Assembly: GCA_963842525.1 (NCBI GenBank)
Contig: CAWJGT010000003.1
Coordinates: forward strand, 1,216,001-1,280,000
Direction of reading: 5' to 3'
Source of the DNA: an uncultured Holophagales bacterium
GTDB taxonomy: Bacteria; Acidobacteriota; Thermoanaerobaculia; Multivoradales; UBA5704
Length of the DNA: 64,000 nucleotides
Every line of letters begins with the position of its first letter. Position 1 is the stretch's first letter. The notes beneath the pieces were generated by a model. It searched no databases. It saw only the letters and a list, made by a program, of their open reading frames with translations, and was not told the origin of the DNA. Shown in pieces: positions 18,663-27,907 of the stretch. The position numbers were made by a program, and so were the translations under genes.

Positions 18663-21197
18663 ATGCGGACCTTCCAAAAAGCCAGCCCTGCCCGGTCGAA
18701 GACGGAATCTGCGCCAGCTCATCACACACATGCCCCTCTGTGCTTGCCGAGTGCTGAAAAACGCGAAGTGGGTTCGTCCGGCGCGGCAGGATCTCGCTTC
18801 GCTCACGATTTCAGCCGGATCCCTCTGCATCATCCTCCCGCACGCGCGACTCAGAAGAAACCAGCCTTCAACAGGGCGGAGGAGGAAGATGAGCAGAAAG
18901 CCGAGGCGCCGGAAGAGGTGGAAGAAACCAGCTCCGACCCCGAGGTGGACGATGCGGCCGACGAGGTGATGCTGATGGCTGAGCCGGTGCCCGGCGGCTC
19001 TGGCTCGATGCCTGAGGTCGCCGATGGCGACGAAGCCCACGAGATCGAGGCTGATCGCGCCGCCGACGAGGTGGTGCGGCGCCTGGACGATCCACGATCC
19101 CGCGCAGACACCCGTGTCCGGCACACGGCGCAGGCCCCTGCTTCGGGCATGTCCGGGCTGAGCGTCGGACGACCCATGTCGTCCGATCTCCGTGGGGGCT
19201 TCGAGCGAGCATTCGGCTGGGACTTCTCAGGAGTGCGGTTGCACACCGGGCCGGCGTCCGCCAACGTCGCCGCTCGCCTCGGTGCCCGCGCGTTCACCCG
19301 CGGCCGTGACGTCGTCTTCGGCAGCAAGGTCTCCGATCCCGAGGCAAGTGGCCACCGCCGGCTCCTGGCGCACGAGCTGACGCACGTTGTCCAGCAGGAG
19401 ATGGGTACGCGTTCGGTCGCATCGCTCCTCTCCTCGGCCCTGTCGCCGGTCTCGTCCCCACGAGCTCAGGCGGCGCCTCTCGTCACCAACGTGGTGACCT
19501 CGGCGGCCGAGCTGGGCGTCGGCGGCGATGCCATCAACGCGACCGCGACCGTCGGCGGCGCCGGCACCCGTCTGACGTGGACCATCAACCCGGGCGGCGC
19601 CGCTCCTGCCGGCGTGACGGTCATCGGCAGTGGCCGTCGCGTGCGCATCCGCGCGGCGCAGCCGGGTGGCGGCGCCGTCGTCGGTGGAACCCCCATTACG
19701 GTCCGCTCCGAGGTAACCGGTACCCCGGGGGATTTTTTCGACGCGCCGCCGGTCACCCTGGTGCAGGTGGTGAGCGCCAACTACACTGCTGCGCCTGCGC
19801 TCGCTGGCGTGCCGTCGCTCGCCCCCGGCGCCCCGCCGCTCAACAGCGCCGAGCCCAACCGCGACGGCATCGCTGGCAACACAGCAGTCGTCGCCGCCGT
19901 CACTGCACCCGCGGGCCGACCCATCACCGTCGCGTTCCGCCGTTCGCTCGGAGCGAGGCTCGCCGGCACGACGATCACCCCCGGCAGGCAAACCGGCGAC
20001 ATCGGCCTGCGCATCATCGACACCGCTACCCGTGCCCGGCTCGACGAAACGCAGCCGGCGACCGCAGGGCCCGCGGCGCTGATGGCGGACCTGACAGTCA
20101 ACGCCGTCCCGACGCGGGTGAGGTCGCTGACCGGCGGCGGCGCCGTCGGTCCTTACGGGGTGCTGAATACGATCAATTTTGCCGCGTCGGACAACTTGCA
20201 CCTGCCGCTTACGCGCATCGTCGGCGAGCTCATCACCGGCGTGCGCGATGACTTCAACATCGCGCCGCCCAATGGCGCCTTCAATCCTGCCTTCCTTCTC
20301 GCGCTCGCGGTTCCCGCAAACACGTGGAATGACCAGCTCGGCACGCCTTCGGGGATCCTCAACACCGCCGATGGCCTCCCAGCCATCGACGTCAACCGTT
20401 TCGTCGGACCAGGCGTCCCGCGCCTGCCGCGGCGGTTGACCTACCGGCAGCGCTTCCAGTACGCCTCGTGGCAGGGCGCCGGCGCCGTGGTCAGCAGAAC
20501 GATCGCCGACGGTCAGCACATCCGCTCGCTGATCGGGTCGCCGGCCGCCTTCCGGTTCAGGACCGAGCATCGCTTCGGCGGTGTCGCCGCGCCGCCGCGC
20601 AACGAGCCCTACGTCGGACCACCGCTCATCGTCCTCTCCAACGTCGTGGCCACCCCGACCGCTGCTGGCGCGACCGGCCTCGCTGCCGACGGCGTCGCCA
20701 CCGCCAACCTCGCGGTGACCTCGGGCGTGGCGGGCCGCACCGTAAACTGGAGCATCCTCAACGGGGACACGTCGATCACCGCTGGCAACCCCGCGGCGCT
20801 GCCGGCGACCGCGACGCTGCAGGCGGGCATCCGCACCGGCAGCTTCCGCGTACGCGCCGCCGACTCGATCTTCCCCAACCGCCGCGTCGACGGGCGCATT
20901 CGGGTCGTGCCGGTACGTCTGCGCAACCTGCGCGCGGCACCGGACCGCGTGCCAGTCGGCACGCTCTCCACCAACGTGACCGTCGATGCCGAGCCGGGTG
21001 GCCGCACTCTGAGCTGGACGGTAGATGCGGTGGCCGCGGCCGCTGGCGTGACCGTCTCACCCGCTGTGACCGGTCCGGGGAACGCGATGAACGTGACGGT
21101 CACCCGCCCGCCGGCGTTCACTGGCCGCGCCACCGTCACCGCGGCCGACTCGGTATTGGCTGCGCGCACGGGAACGGTGCGGATCCGGTTCCTATGA
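18663..21197 (+). CDS. DUF4157 (eCIS core) domain protein with long beta-rich Ig-like C-terminus
   Basis: FAHDFSRIP, EADRAADEV, DFSGVRLHT, ARAFTRGRDVVF, LLAHELTHVVQQ. Confidence 0.9.
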   Translation: MRTFQKASPARSKTESAPAHHTHAPLCLPSAEKREVGSSGAAGSRFAHDFSRIPLHHPPARATQKKPAFNRAEEEDEQKAEAPEEVEETSSDPEVDDAADEVMLMAEPVPGGSGSMPEVADGDEAHEIEADRAADEVVRRLDDPRSRADTRVRHTAQAPASGMSGLSVGRPMSSDLRGGFERAFGWDFSGVRLHTGPASANVAARLGARAFTRGRDVVFGSKVSDPEASGHRRLLAHELTHVVQQEMGTRSVASLLSSALSPVSSPRAQAAPLVTNVVTSAAELGVGGDAINATATVGGAGTRLTWTINPGGAAPAGVTVIGSGRRVRIRAAQPGGGAVVGGTPITVRSEVTGTPGDFFDAPPVTLVQVVSANYTAAPALAGVPSLAPGAPPLNSAEPNRDGIAGNTAVVAAVTAPAGRPITVAFRRSLGARLAGTTITPGRQTGDIGLRIIDTATRARLDETQPATAGPAALMADLTVNAVPTRVRSLTGGGAVGPYGVLNTINFAASDNLHLPLTRIVGELITGVRDDFNIAPPNGAFNPAFLLALAVPANTWNDQLGTPSGILNTADGLPAIDVNRFVGPGVPRLPRRLTYRQRFQYASWQGAGAVVSRTIADGQHIRSLIGSPAAFRFRTEHRFGGVAAPPRNEPYVGPPLIVLSNVVATPTAAGATGLAADGVATANLAVTSGVAGRTVNWSILNGDTSITAGNPAALPATATLQAGIRTGSFRVRAADSIFPNRRVDGRIRVVPVRLRNLRAAPDRVPVGTLSTNVTVDAEPGGRTLSWTVDAVAAAAGVTVSPAVTGPGNAMNVTVTRPPAFTGRATVTAADSVLAARTGTVRIRFL

Positions 21198-21895
21198 ATG
21201 TCCGCCCGCCCGAGCTGCATGAAGGGGCTGTGGACCTGGCCGCGGATGATCTCCGCGTGAGCGCCGGTTTTCGAGTCGTCACCGGTGAGCTGCTCGCCGG
21301 TGGGCCGGTCGAGCTGGAGTTTTTCGTCAAGAGTCTCGGGTTGCGCCCGCTTCAACTCGCGGTGAGCGGCGACCGCATGCGCCAGAGGCCTGGGCAATTC
21401 AGCTTCGCGGCAATGTTCGAGGGCTCATCCCTCGCAGACCCGATGGCCGCCTCGCCATACATGGGCGGCCCGTTGGGGGTCGTGCAGGTATCGACCGACA
21501 GGCCCTGGCACCAACCGCTGGTGTTGAACCAGTTCATCCGCCTCGAAGACACACCGGGGCGTCTTGTGCAGGGAGCCGCCGGCCGGCTTGATCTGGCGTG
21601 CCGCCGGCCGCTTTCTCTCGCTGCCACGGACGCTGCCGCGCTGGCGCAGGATGGGGCGCAGGTCGTGGCTGTTGACCTCGCCTTGGATCTGCGTCGCGAC
21701 GACACGGCCTTGGCGGCGTTGGTGGCCCGCCTCTTTGACGAGGTCATGCACGGTCCGCTGGCCTTGCGCGAGCGGCCTCTCGCCTTGCTACTCTCCATGC
21801 GGACGGCAGCGCACGCCCAGATTGATGCCCTGACCCGCCACCCGGATCCGTCCGTGGCAAATCGCGCGCGCCAGGTTTTCGCGATATCCACGTAG
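21194..21895 (+). CDS. Hypothetical protein (233 aa) with HEAT-like C-terminus, coupled to the DUF4157 gene
   Basis: ATGA overlap at 21194; ends LTRHPDPSVANRARQV. Confidence 0.7.
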   Translation: MNVRPPELHEGAVDLAADDLRVSAGFRVVTGELLAGGPVELEFFVKSLGLRPLQLAVSGDRMRQRPGQFSFAAMFEGSSLADPMAASPYMGGPLGVVQVSTDRPWHQPLVLNQFIRLEDTPGRLVQGAAGRLDLACRRPLSLAATDAAALAQDGAQVVAVDLALDLRRDDTALAALVARLFDEVMHGPLALRERPLALLLSMRTAAHAQIDALTRHPDPSVANRARQVFAIST

Positions 21896-21903
21896 TGCGC
21901 CAA

Positions 21904-21999
21904 TCCTGGATGGCCCCACGCTGCAAGAGCGGCTCGCGGGCATGGACCTGGAGGCCTCGTTCAACCTGCAGCAGGCGCGGCGGCTGGTGAGCTACTTCG
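21904..21999 (+). repeat. Direct repeat copy 2: orphan 3' fragment of a spermidine synthase-like gene
   Basis: Translates LDGPTLQERLAGMDLEASFNLQQARRLVSYF versus LDGPTLRGRLAGVDLASSFNPQQARRLVEFF. Confidence 0.85.
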
Positions 22000-22059
22000 C
22001 CGGCCCGCTTTGAGCGCGGAGCGCGCGAAGATCATTCTCTGGGCTGCTGAGGCATCCTC

Positions 22060-22536
22060 TTACGGTTCGGACGTGTCGACGGGGCCGCGCCGCAGGAACC
22101 GCGCGAGCCGAAGCAAGAGGCCCTTCTGGTCGTCCCCGTTCTCCGTGCAGACGAGGACCGTATTCTCCCCTGCGATCGTGCCCACCACCTCGGGCCAATG
22201 CAACAGGTCGATGGCCATGGCCACGATCCGGGCCGTCCCGGACCGCGTCCTGACCAGGGTCTGGTAGGGCCCCGCGGTCTTGAACGCCTCGACGAAGTCG
22301 GTGAACCGCCCCAGGTCCCACTCCTCCGACACCCCGGGCTCGAGGACATAGCGGCCATTGGAGCGGTGGACCCCCAGCTCCCGCAGGTCGCGGCTGATAC
22401 TCGGCTGCGTCGCCTGGACCGACTGCTCCCGCAGCTTCCTCACCAGGTCCGCCTGGCTCCGGATCGGCTTCTTCTCCCGCAGGAGCTGAAGGATCGCCTT
22501 CCGGCGCAGCGCGCGAACCTCTGGATTGCTTGGCAT
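22060..22536 (-). CDS. argR: Arginine repressor (ArgR-like)
   Basis: RSQADLV...QATQPSISRDLRELG wHTH and VVGTIAGENTVLV C-terminal motif. Confidence 0.85.
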   Translation of the reverse strand: MPSNPEVRALRRKAILQLLREKKPIRSQADLVRKLREQSVQATQPSISRDLRELGVHRSNGRYVLEPGVSEEWDLGRFTDFVEAFKTAGPYQTLVRTRSGTARIVAMAIDLLHWPEVVGTIAGENTVLVCTENGDDQKGLLLRLARFLRRGPVDTSEP

Positions 22537-22597
22537 GATGATGCTCCTTGTAATGCGAATACTGTAGAATAGAGAACCAAAAACTTCAATCCCCCCC

Positions 22598-22632
22598 TTG
22601 ACAAGCCCCTCCCGGACATGAATACTAATTCA
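22598..22632 (+). promoter_or_regulatory. sigma70 promoter overlapped by an ARG-box-like palindrome
   Basis: TTGACA (22598-22603), 17 bp, AATACT (22621-22626); TGAATACTAATTCA (22619-22632) fits TGAAT-N4-ATTCA. Confidence 0.7.
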
Positions 22633-22714
22633 CGTTGGATTCAGTGGCAACACCCCGGAGCCGATCCAGGCGCCGGATATTCGAGCCCGGCAAGGGCTCC
22701 TGAGAGGAGAAGCG

Positions 22715-23113
22715 ATGTCGAAGGAAACCACGTACGCGGGGCTGTTGGGGGACTGGCGGCGGATCCTGACCGCCATTATTGCCAACCTCGGCCAGCTTCC
22801 GGACCTGCAGGGATTCGTCAACCGGCTCGAGGCGCTGCTGAACCGGGGGTACGATCTCACCCGGCAGCAGGCGGCGTACACCGCCGGCAAGCAGGAGACC
22901 TCCAAGCAGCTCAAAGAGGTGATGAAGGAGGGCGACCGGCTGGCGACCGTGCTGCGGAAGTCGTTGCAGTCGCACTACGGTCCCGACGCGGAGAAGCTCG
23001 CCGAGTTCGGCCTGCAGCCGTTCCGCGGCCGCAAGCCGAAGGAGGAGCCGAAGCCCGCGAATCCGCCCGCGCCTGAGGCCACCGCGCCGCCTGCCAACGA
23101 AGCCACCCGCTAA
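22715..23113 (+). CDS. Small helical hypothetical protein (132 aa; YGPDAEKLAEFGLQPFRGRK motif)
   Basis: GAGGAG RBS, amphipathic helices, Pro/Ala tail. Confidence 0.8.
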   Translation: MSKETTYAGLLGDWRRILTAIIANLGQLPDLQGFVNRLEALLNRGYDLTRQQAAYTAGKQETSKQLKEVMKEGDRLATVLRKSLQSHYGPDAEKLAEFGLQPFRGRKPKEEPKPANPPAPEATAPPANEATR

Positions 23114-23190
23114 CCACCACACCCCGGGGGGACGTGCCCGCGCACGTCCCCCCGCCCTTTCCTCCGCCCCGCCCTCCCTGAAGCGCGTTC

Positions 23191-23616
23191 CACGGAGTTT
23201 TCCAACCGCGTGAGGAGTTTGCCAACGGCTCGCCGCGTTTTCCGACGGGCTGCCGGAAACTCCGGCTCGCCGTCGGAAAAAAGAAACGCGCTGCCGCCTT
23301 TTCCGACAGTCTGCCGCGTTTTCCGGCGCGCCGCCGGAAAATTAAAACGGCCTGCCGCGTTTTCCAACGCTCTGCCGGAAACTCCGGCGCGCCGTCGGAA
23401 AAGAGAAACGCGCCGTCGCGTTTTCCGACGCTTTGCCGCGTTCTCCAACAGCCTGCCGGAAACTCCGGCGGGTCGTCGGAAAACAAAAACGCGCCGCCGC
23501 GATTTCCAACGGCCCGCCGCTTTTTCCGGCGCGCCGTCGGAGATTCCGGCAGGCCGTCGGAAAATCAAAACGGGCTGCCGCGTTTTCCAACGGGCCGCCG
23601 GAAATTCCAACGGGCC
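23191..23616. repeat. Non-coding array of ~21 degenerate 20/21-bp units forming repeated hairpins
   Basis: Units such as GCCGCGTTTTCCGACGGGCT, GCCGGAAACTCCGGCTCGCC, GTCGGAAAAAAGAAACGCGCT in recurring order. Confidence 0.9.
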
Positions 23617-23990
23617 GTCTTCGCGAGAGCCACCCGCGACAGCGGGACCCGCCCCCCTCTGAAAGGCCCGGCAACTTGGCTCCGCAAGCTCCGGGGGAGG
23701 AGCGTTCTGAGCCCATCGACAACCTGTAGCCTTAGGGGGTGTCTCGAAAGTTCTGCTGCCGGCGTCGCCGGGAAACCTCACCCCCGGTCACTCCCCCTTC
23801 AACACCGCTGGCGCCGTGAGGGCAGTGTCCGGAGCGCTCTCAGCCCTCGGGCTCAGTCATCCCGCTCCAGGCCCGACCCACGCCGAAGCGTGCCGTCTGG
23901 GGAGCCGGCTCTTCTCGCCGTAGAAGAGAATTTGCGCCCATCGGTGACCTCGGGCTAGCTCGAAGCACCCAGAAGGAGTAGAATGGGCGC

Positions 23991-24476
23991 ATGCGCCCGA
24001 CGGTCTACATCGAGACAAGCATCATAAGCTACTTGGCGGCGTATCCAAGTCGGGATCTTATTACCGCTGCACACCAGCAGATTGCGCATACATGGTGGCA
24101 GGTACGCCGTCCGGAGTTTTCGATCTTTGTGTCGCAGGTTGTGCTGGACGAGTCAGCGGCAGGTGATCCCCAGATGGCGAGCAAGCGCATCGAGATCTTG
24201 ACCAATGTACCTCTGTTGGAGGTTACTCCAGAGGTGGCCGAATTGGCAGCAACGCTCATCATGAGGCTACCCCTACCTCCGCGTGCGGGAGCCGACGCGG
24301 CGCATATCGCCGTGGCAGCGTACCACGGCATGAACTTTTTGCTGACTTGGAACTGCACGCATATCGCGAATGCGGTTCTACGGCCAAAAATTGAGAAAAT
24401 CTGTAGAGAGCAAGGATACTCAGCTCCGGTGCTGTGCACACCGGAAGAACTTGTAGGAGATGCAGACAATGGCTAA
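23991..24476 (+). CDS. PIN-domain (VapC-like) toxin
   Basis: VYIETSIISYL, DAAHIAVA, LLTWNCTHIAN. Confidence 0.88.
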   Translation: MRPTVYIETSIISYLAAYPSRDLITAAHQQIAHTWWQVRRPEFSIFVSQVVLDESAAGDPQMASKRIEILTNVPLLEVTPEVAELAATLIMRLPLPPRAGADAAHIAVAAYHGMNFLLTWNCTHIANAVLRPKIEKICREQGYSAPVLCTPEELVGDADNG

Positions 24477-24678
24477 AGACCATTCTCCTGTTGAGGTATG
24501 GCACGATCCGATCGTGGCCGGGGTGCGGCAGGCCCGAGAGGCGCTTTTTGCCGCCGCAAACTACGACATTCACGAATTTTGCCGGCGTCTCTCAGACAGG
24601 CAATCGACCTCCGGCCATGCTGTCGTGAAGCGTGGCAGCACTTCCATTGAAAACTCTTTGGGGGAGACGCTCGGCTAA
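24469..24678 (+). CDS. Putative antitoxin partner (DPIVAGVRQARE motif)
   Basis: Overlaps the PIN gene stop; its stop lies inside the attC R'' box. Confidence 0.65.
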   Translation: MAKDHSPVEVWHDPIVAGVRQAREALFAAANYDIHEFCRRLSDRQSTSGHAVVKRGSTSIENSLGETLG

Positions 24679-24734
24679 CACGGCTGTTGCAGCGGATGGC
24701 TTCGCCACCGCTGAACAGCAAATCCGTGTTAGGG
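24673..24734 (+). mobile_element. Integron attC recombination site
   Basis: GGCTAAC...GTTAGGG ends; internal CTGTT(G)CAGCGG(A)TGGC-TTC-GCCACCGCTGAACAG hairpin with extrahelical bases. Confidence 0.8.
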
Positions 24735-25086
24735 CCCCTATCCCGATTAGGCGGCGGCCGATGACGATTAGACCGACTCTCGCCCTGACATAGGTGCACT
24801 AAAGAAATGTTACCCTTTCTTACGAGATTCAAGGTAGCACGGCTCACCGCGGCGCTTAAGAGTTCGCGTCAGGAGAATCACAAGAACTTCGGTTCAGAGG
24901 AGACAAACGAGAGGAACAACACGGCACGTCCCTGATACGTCTATATCGAAGATTCTGGTGCGTGAGAACCGTGATAGTTGCGTCGACAGTCGTGCCGATT
25001 TTGCACCAGGCTCTATCGCTTTGGTGTTGATAGACATGAGCGTAGTATCCCAGAAAGCTTCGATACATCGGAGATGCGGACAGGCC

Positions 25087-27153
25087 ATGGCTAGAGAGAA
25101 ACAAAACCCACGGTATGATGATCTTATCTCTAAGATAAAAAATAATCGTGCCGTTGCATTGCTCTTGGTTGTGGGACTAGCCATAAGCTCGCTGGCGTTG
25201 TTCATCGAAGCTTCTGCCAAGATATACAATCTGGTCGACAAGCTAATTCAGGTGCGTCCGGGCACGCCTCCCCTTACCTTGGTCATCGACGATAGCGCGC
25301 CAACTGGCATAACTGGCATTGATTGGTCAATCATCAATACTTCGGACAAGAACCTTGAACTGACATCTATAGTAGCTATTCAGCTTGTCAATGTAGACCT
25401 ATGCCGGGGCTGCCTTTTGAAGGACAGGATAAAGCTAGCCCTCAGGTTGGGTAGCCGCGTCAAAGGGGGACAATCGGTCGAAGGCAAGATGGAGTGGGGT
25501 CCTACGCGTATTTTTGGGGATGTTGGTGTGTATTATCTTACTCCTGGGGAGAGCGCCCCTTTCTCTCTCCAAATAGCTGCGCCAGGTAACGTCGGAAGCG
25601 TGTTTCACCTGAAGCTCTTAGCTAATGATCTTAAGCGCGGCGATCGAATAACTGTGATACCTCCTTATCTTTTTTATTATGTTGGACCTCCAGACTATCC
25701 CTCCGCATCCCTCCGAGCAATAACCTTCACTTCCTGGTTAACCGAGAGTGACTCCTATCTACGCTTAAACGCGGCTAGAGGCCTCGGCGTCCTTAAGGAT
25801 ACGAGAGGAGAAGAAGCTCTTATTAAAGCTTTACAGCGGGATACCGTTTCAAGTGTTCGGGCTGCTGCAGCTCAAAGCCTTTCTCGCTTTAAAAGCGAGA
25901 GGTCTTTTTCGGCTTTACTCAATACTCTATTGCGATTTCACGCTGCCCCTGGCTTCAATGAGTACCAGGAAGCGGAGGTAAGGCGGGCGGCAGCAGCGGC
26001 ACTCGGTGATCGACAAGACCGAAGAGCAGTGCCGTATCTCTTGGAGGCATGGAGAAGCGACCCTGGATTACTGGTTGCAAATACGGCGGTAGAATCAGTC
26101 GTAAAGCTTGATCCTCCTGGAGCCTATGAGACTCTTACGACAATCCTAGCAAATTATGACTCTCGAGCGCCCGAAGAACACCATAGCCGTGGATTCATAG
26201 TTTCCGCGATTGGACACTTATCCGATGATAGAGCTGCCGATGTTCTGATAGATCAATTGTTTTGCAGCGATCGCTCTTCGCAATCTGCCGCAGCTGACGC
26301 TTTGGGCAGTGAAAGTGTTAAGTGTGTTGAGGCACTTATGGCAGTGGCGAAACGAGGGCTCGATCCATGGTCTCGACAGAAGGCGATTCGTGCGCTGGGA
26401 GAGTTGCAGGCTGAACGTGCTCTCAACCTCCTTAGGATGATATCTTCTTCCGATACTGACGAAGACCTGCGGCGCACAGCTAAAGAGGCTATTCAAGACA
26501 TAAATGATGGCGTCGCCTCAAACGTTAAAAGAGATGACAATACTGGCTGTGGAGAGCACATTGAGCAAGTGGTGAGGGAAAGTCAACGTTTCCAAATCCG
26601 TTCTCAAATTGGTATACCAAAGTTGTCCCTCCGTCATACTTGCGACGATCCCGATCTAATGGAGACAGTCCAAATAATTGAAGCGCTTGGAGTTAGGGTT
26701 CAGCCAACGCAAGTCGCAACGGAAGAAGCCGCTATGTTTCCGGAAACTAATGGTGAGTTTACCTATCCGGAGCCACTGAGAGGAGAGGCCGAGAAGGTCC
26801 TTGCAGCAGTCCAAGGGAAATTTCGCGTGCCGATTCGCCTAGTTGAGTGGAGTGTCAGCACTATGAGGCTAACTTGGCACTGTAAGCCTGGCATTATAAT
26901 GTTCGCTAAACAGAAATCAGACCAATTAGACAAAGTAGTAGAGCACTTAAGAGATCGATCCTGGGCAATTTCATTGAGCTATAGCGAGAATTGGGGTGAC
27001 GAGCCCTTTATTCTTTCACAGAAGGATGACTTGTCTGCCAAGTTAGCCAGAGATCTTGAGCGATTCGGACGAGTTGAGGTGAGGCTCGCACCTAAGGGTT
27101 TGCTGCAAGCAGGCAACGTCCCGGTGCTTTACTGGGTGGACCGAACCAAATAG
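25087..27153 (+). CDS. Membrane-anchored HEAT-repeat protein (low GC, cassette-like)
   Basis: N-terminal TM helix; repeats VRAAAAQSL, VRRAAAAALG, RQKAIRALGEL; visibly AT-richer than the flanks. Confidence 0.8.
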   Translation: MAREKQNPRYDDLISKIKNNRAVALLLVVGLAISSLALFIEASAKIYNLVDKLIQVRPGTPPLTLVIDDSAPTGITGIDWSIINTSDKNLELTSIVAIQLVNVDLCRGCLLKDRIKLALRLGSRVKGGQSVEGKMEWGPTRIFGDVGVYYLTPGESAPFSLQIAAPGNVGSVFHLKLLANDLKRGDRITVIPPYLFYYVGPPDYPSASLRAITFTSWLTESDSYLRLNAARGLGVLKDTRGEEALIKALQRDTVSSVRAAAAQSLSRFKSERSFSALLNTLLRFHAAPGFNEYQEAEVRRAAAAALGDRQDRRAVPYLLEAWRSDPGLLVANTAVESVVKLDPPGAYETLTTILANYDSRAPEEHHSRGFIVSAIGHLSDDRAADVLIDQLFCSDRSSQSAAADALGSESVKCVEALMAVAKRGLDPWSRQKAIRALGELQAERALNLLRMISSSDTDEDLRRTAKEAIQDINDGVASNVKRDDNTGCGEHIEQVVRESQRFQIRSQIGIPKLSLRHTCDDPDLMETVQIIEALGVRVQPTQVATEEAAMFPETNGEFTYPEPLRGEAEKVLAAVQGKFRVPIRLVEWSVSTMRLTWHCKPGIIMFAKQKSDQLDKVVEHLRDRSWAISLSYSENWGDEPFILSQKDDLSAKLARDLERFGRVEVRLAPKGLLQAGNVPVLYWVDRTK

Positions 27154-27335
27154 GGTTCAGCCTAACTAATTAGCCGAGTGGCCGGGAGCCTCGTTGAGCC
27201 AGGCTGAGGCCCCAGGTGGCCAGAGGAGCCGATCGTGGTCCCGGAGGTTTCCTGCCAACCGGTAGATCCGTTGTAGAATAAAGAAAGGCGCGCAGTGGAA
27301 CCATAGCTATATACGCGAGCAGGAAACCTTGGTTC

Positions 27336-27397
27336 GGCCAACCAAGCGGCTCCAGCGGACGGCTGGCGCCGCGCGCTGAGCCGCCACAGCGTTGCTG
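27336..27397 (+). mobile_element. Degenerate attC site
   Basis: GGCCAAC-CAAGCGGCTCCAGCGGACGG...CGCTGAGCCGC...GTTGCTG, typical attC arm pattern. Confidence 0.6.
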
Positions 27398-27448
27398 CCG
27401 GCAGAAGGTGCGAATCGCGGTACACGTTGCTACTTGGTGGAGGACAGA

Positions 27449-27600
27449 ATGGCAGAGCGTAAGATTTTAAGCCATTTGGAGATTGCCTACTCCTCGATCC
27501 GTGTCTTTGCCGAGGATGGCAGGTCCCGCAATCCAAAGTAAGCGGGGAGGTCTGGAGACGAATCCAAGAAATAAGAAGATTGCACCACATTGAGGCCTAG
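27449..27600 (+). pseudogene. Degraded small cassette ORF
   Basis: GGAGG RBS plus MAERKILSHLEIAYSSIRVFAEDG, then a frame break to VWRRIQEIRRLHHIEA*; lies directly after the attC. Confidence 0.35.
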
Positions 27601-27752
27601 GTCACACTGGCTTCTCCCCGAGCGTCACGACTATTGCGCCGTGATCGATCTCTCGGGACCGGGGCCGTCATGGCGATCGGCAAGGAAGGTCCTGGCTGCG
27701 GAACTGCTGCGGAGGTAGGGGCGGCAGTAAACCCGTGCCCTGCCAAATCTGC

Positions 27753-27842
27753 TGTCGCCCCTACCGGGGCTTGGAAATACTTTGTCTCCTTTTACCCGCG
27801 GTAAAGGCCCCGGAGGGGCCCACGGCATGTAGCCCGGGGTCA
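27753..27842. repeat. REP-like element (GTCGCCCCT..GGGGCT / GCCCCGGAGGGGC..TAGCCCGGGG family)
   Basis: Related hairpins at 58054-58176. Confidence 0.55.
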
Positions 27843-27907
27843 GACGCGACGAAGGAGCGGCGCCGTCTCTCTGGATCGCACTCGCGGTGAAATCCCGCCG
27901 TGAGTGC

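Noticed and set aside
18663-21895. Complete eCIS or prophage locus
   Set aside because: No sheath, tube, baseplate or other phage structural genes in the window.
23191-23616. CRISPR array
   Set aside because: No constant repeat with unique spacers; the units are contiguous and degenerate; no cas genes.
23110-23781. ORFs across the repeat array on both strands
   Set aside because: Low-complexity translations produced by the repeat; mixed 20/21-bp units are inconsistent with coding.
23760-23990. Integron integrase or attI upstream of the cassettes
   Set aside because: No tyrosine recombinase motifs in any ORF of the window; no convincing attI.
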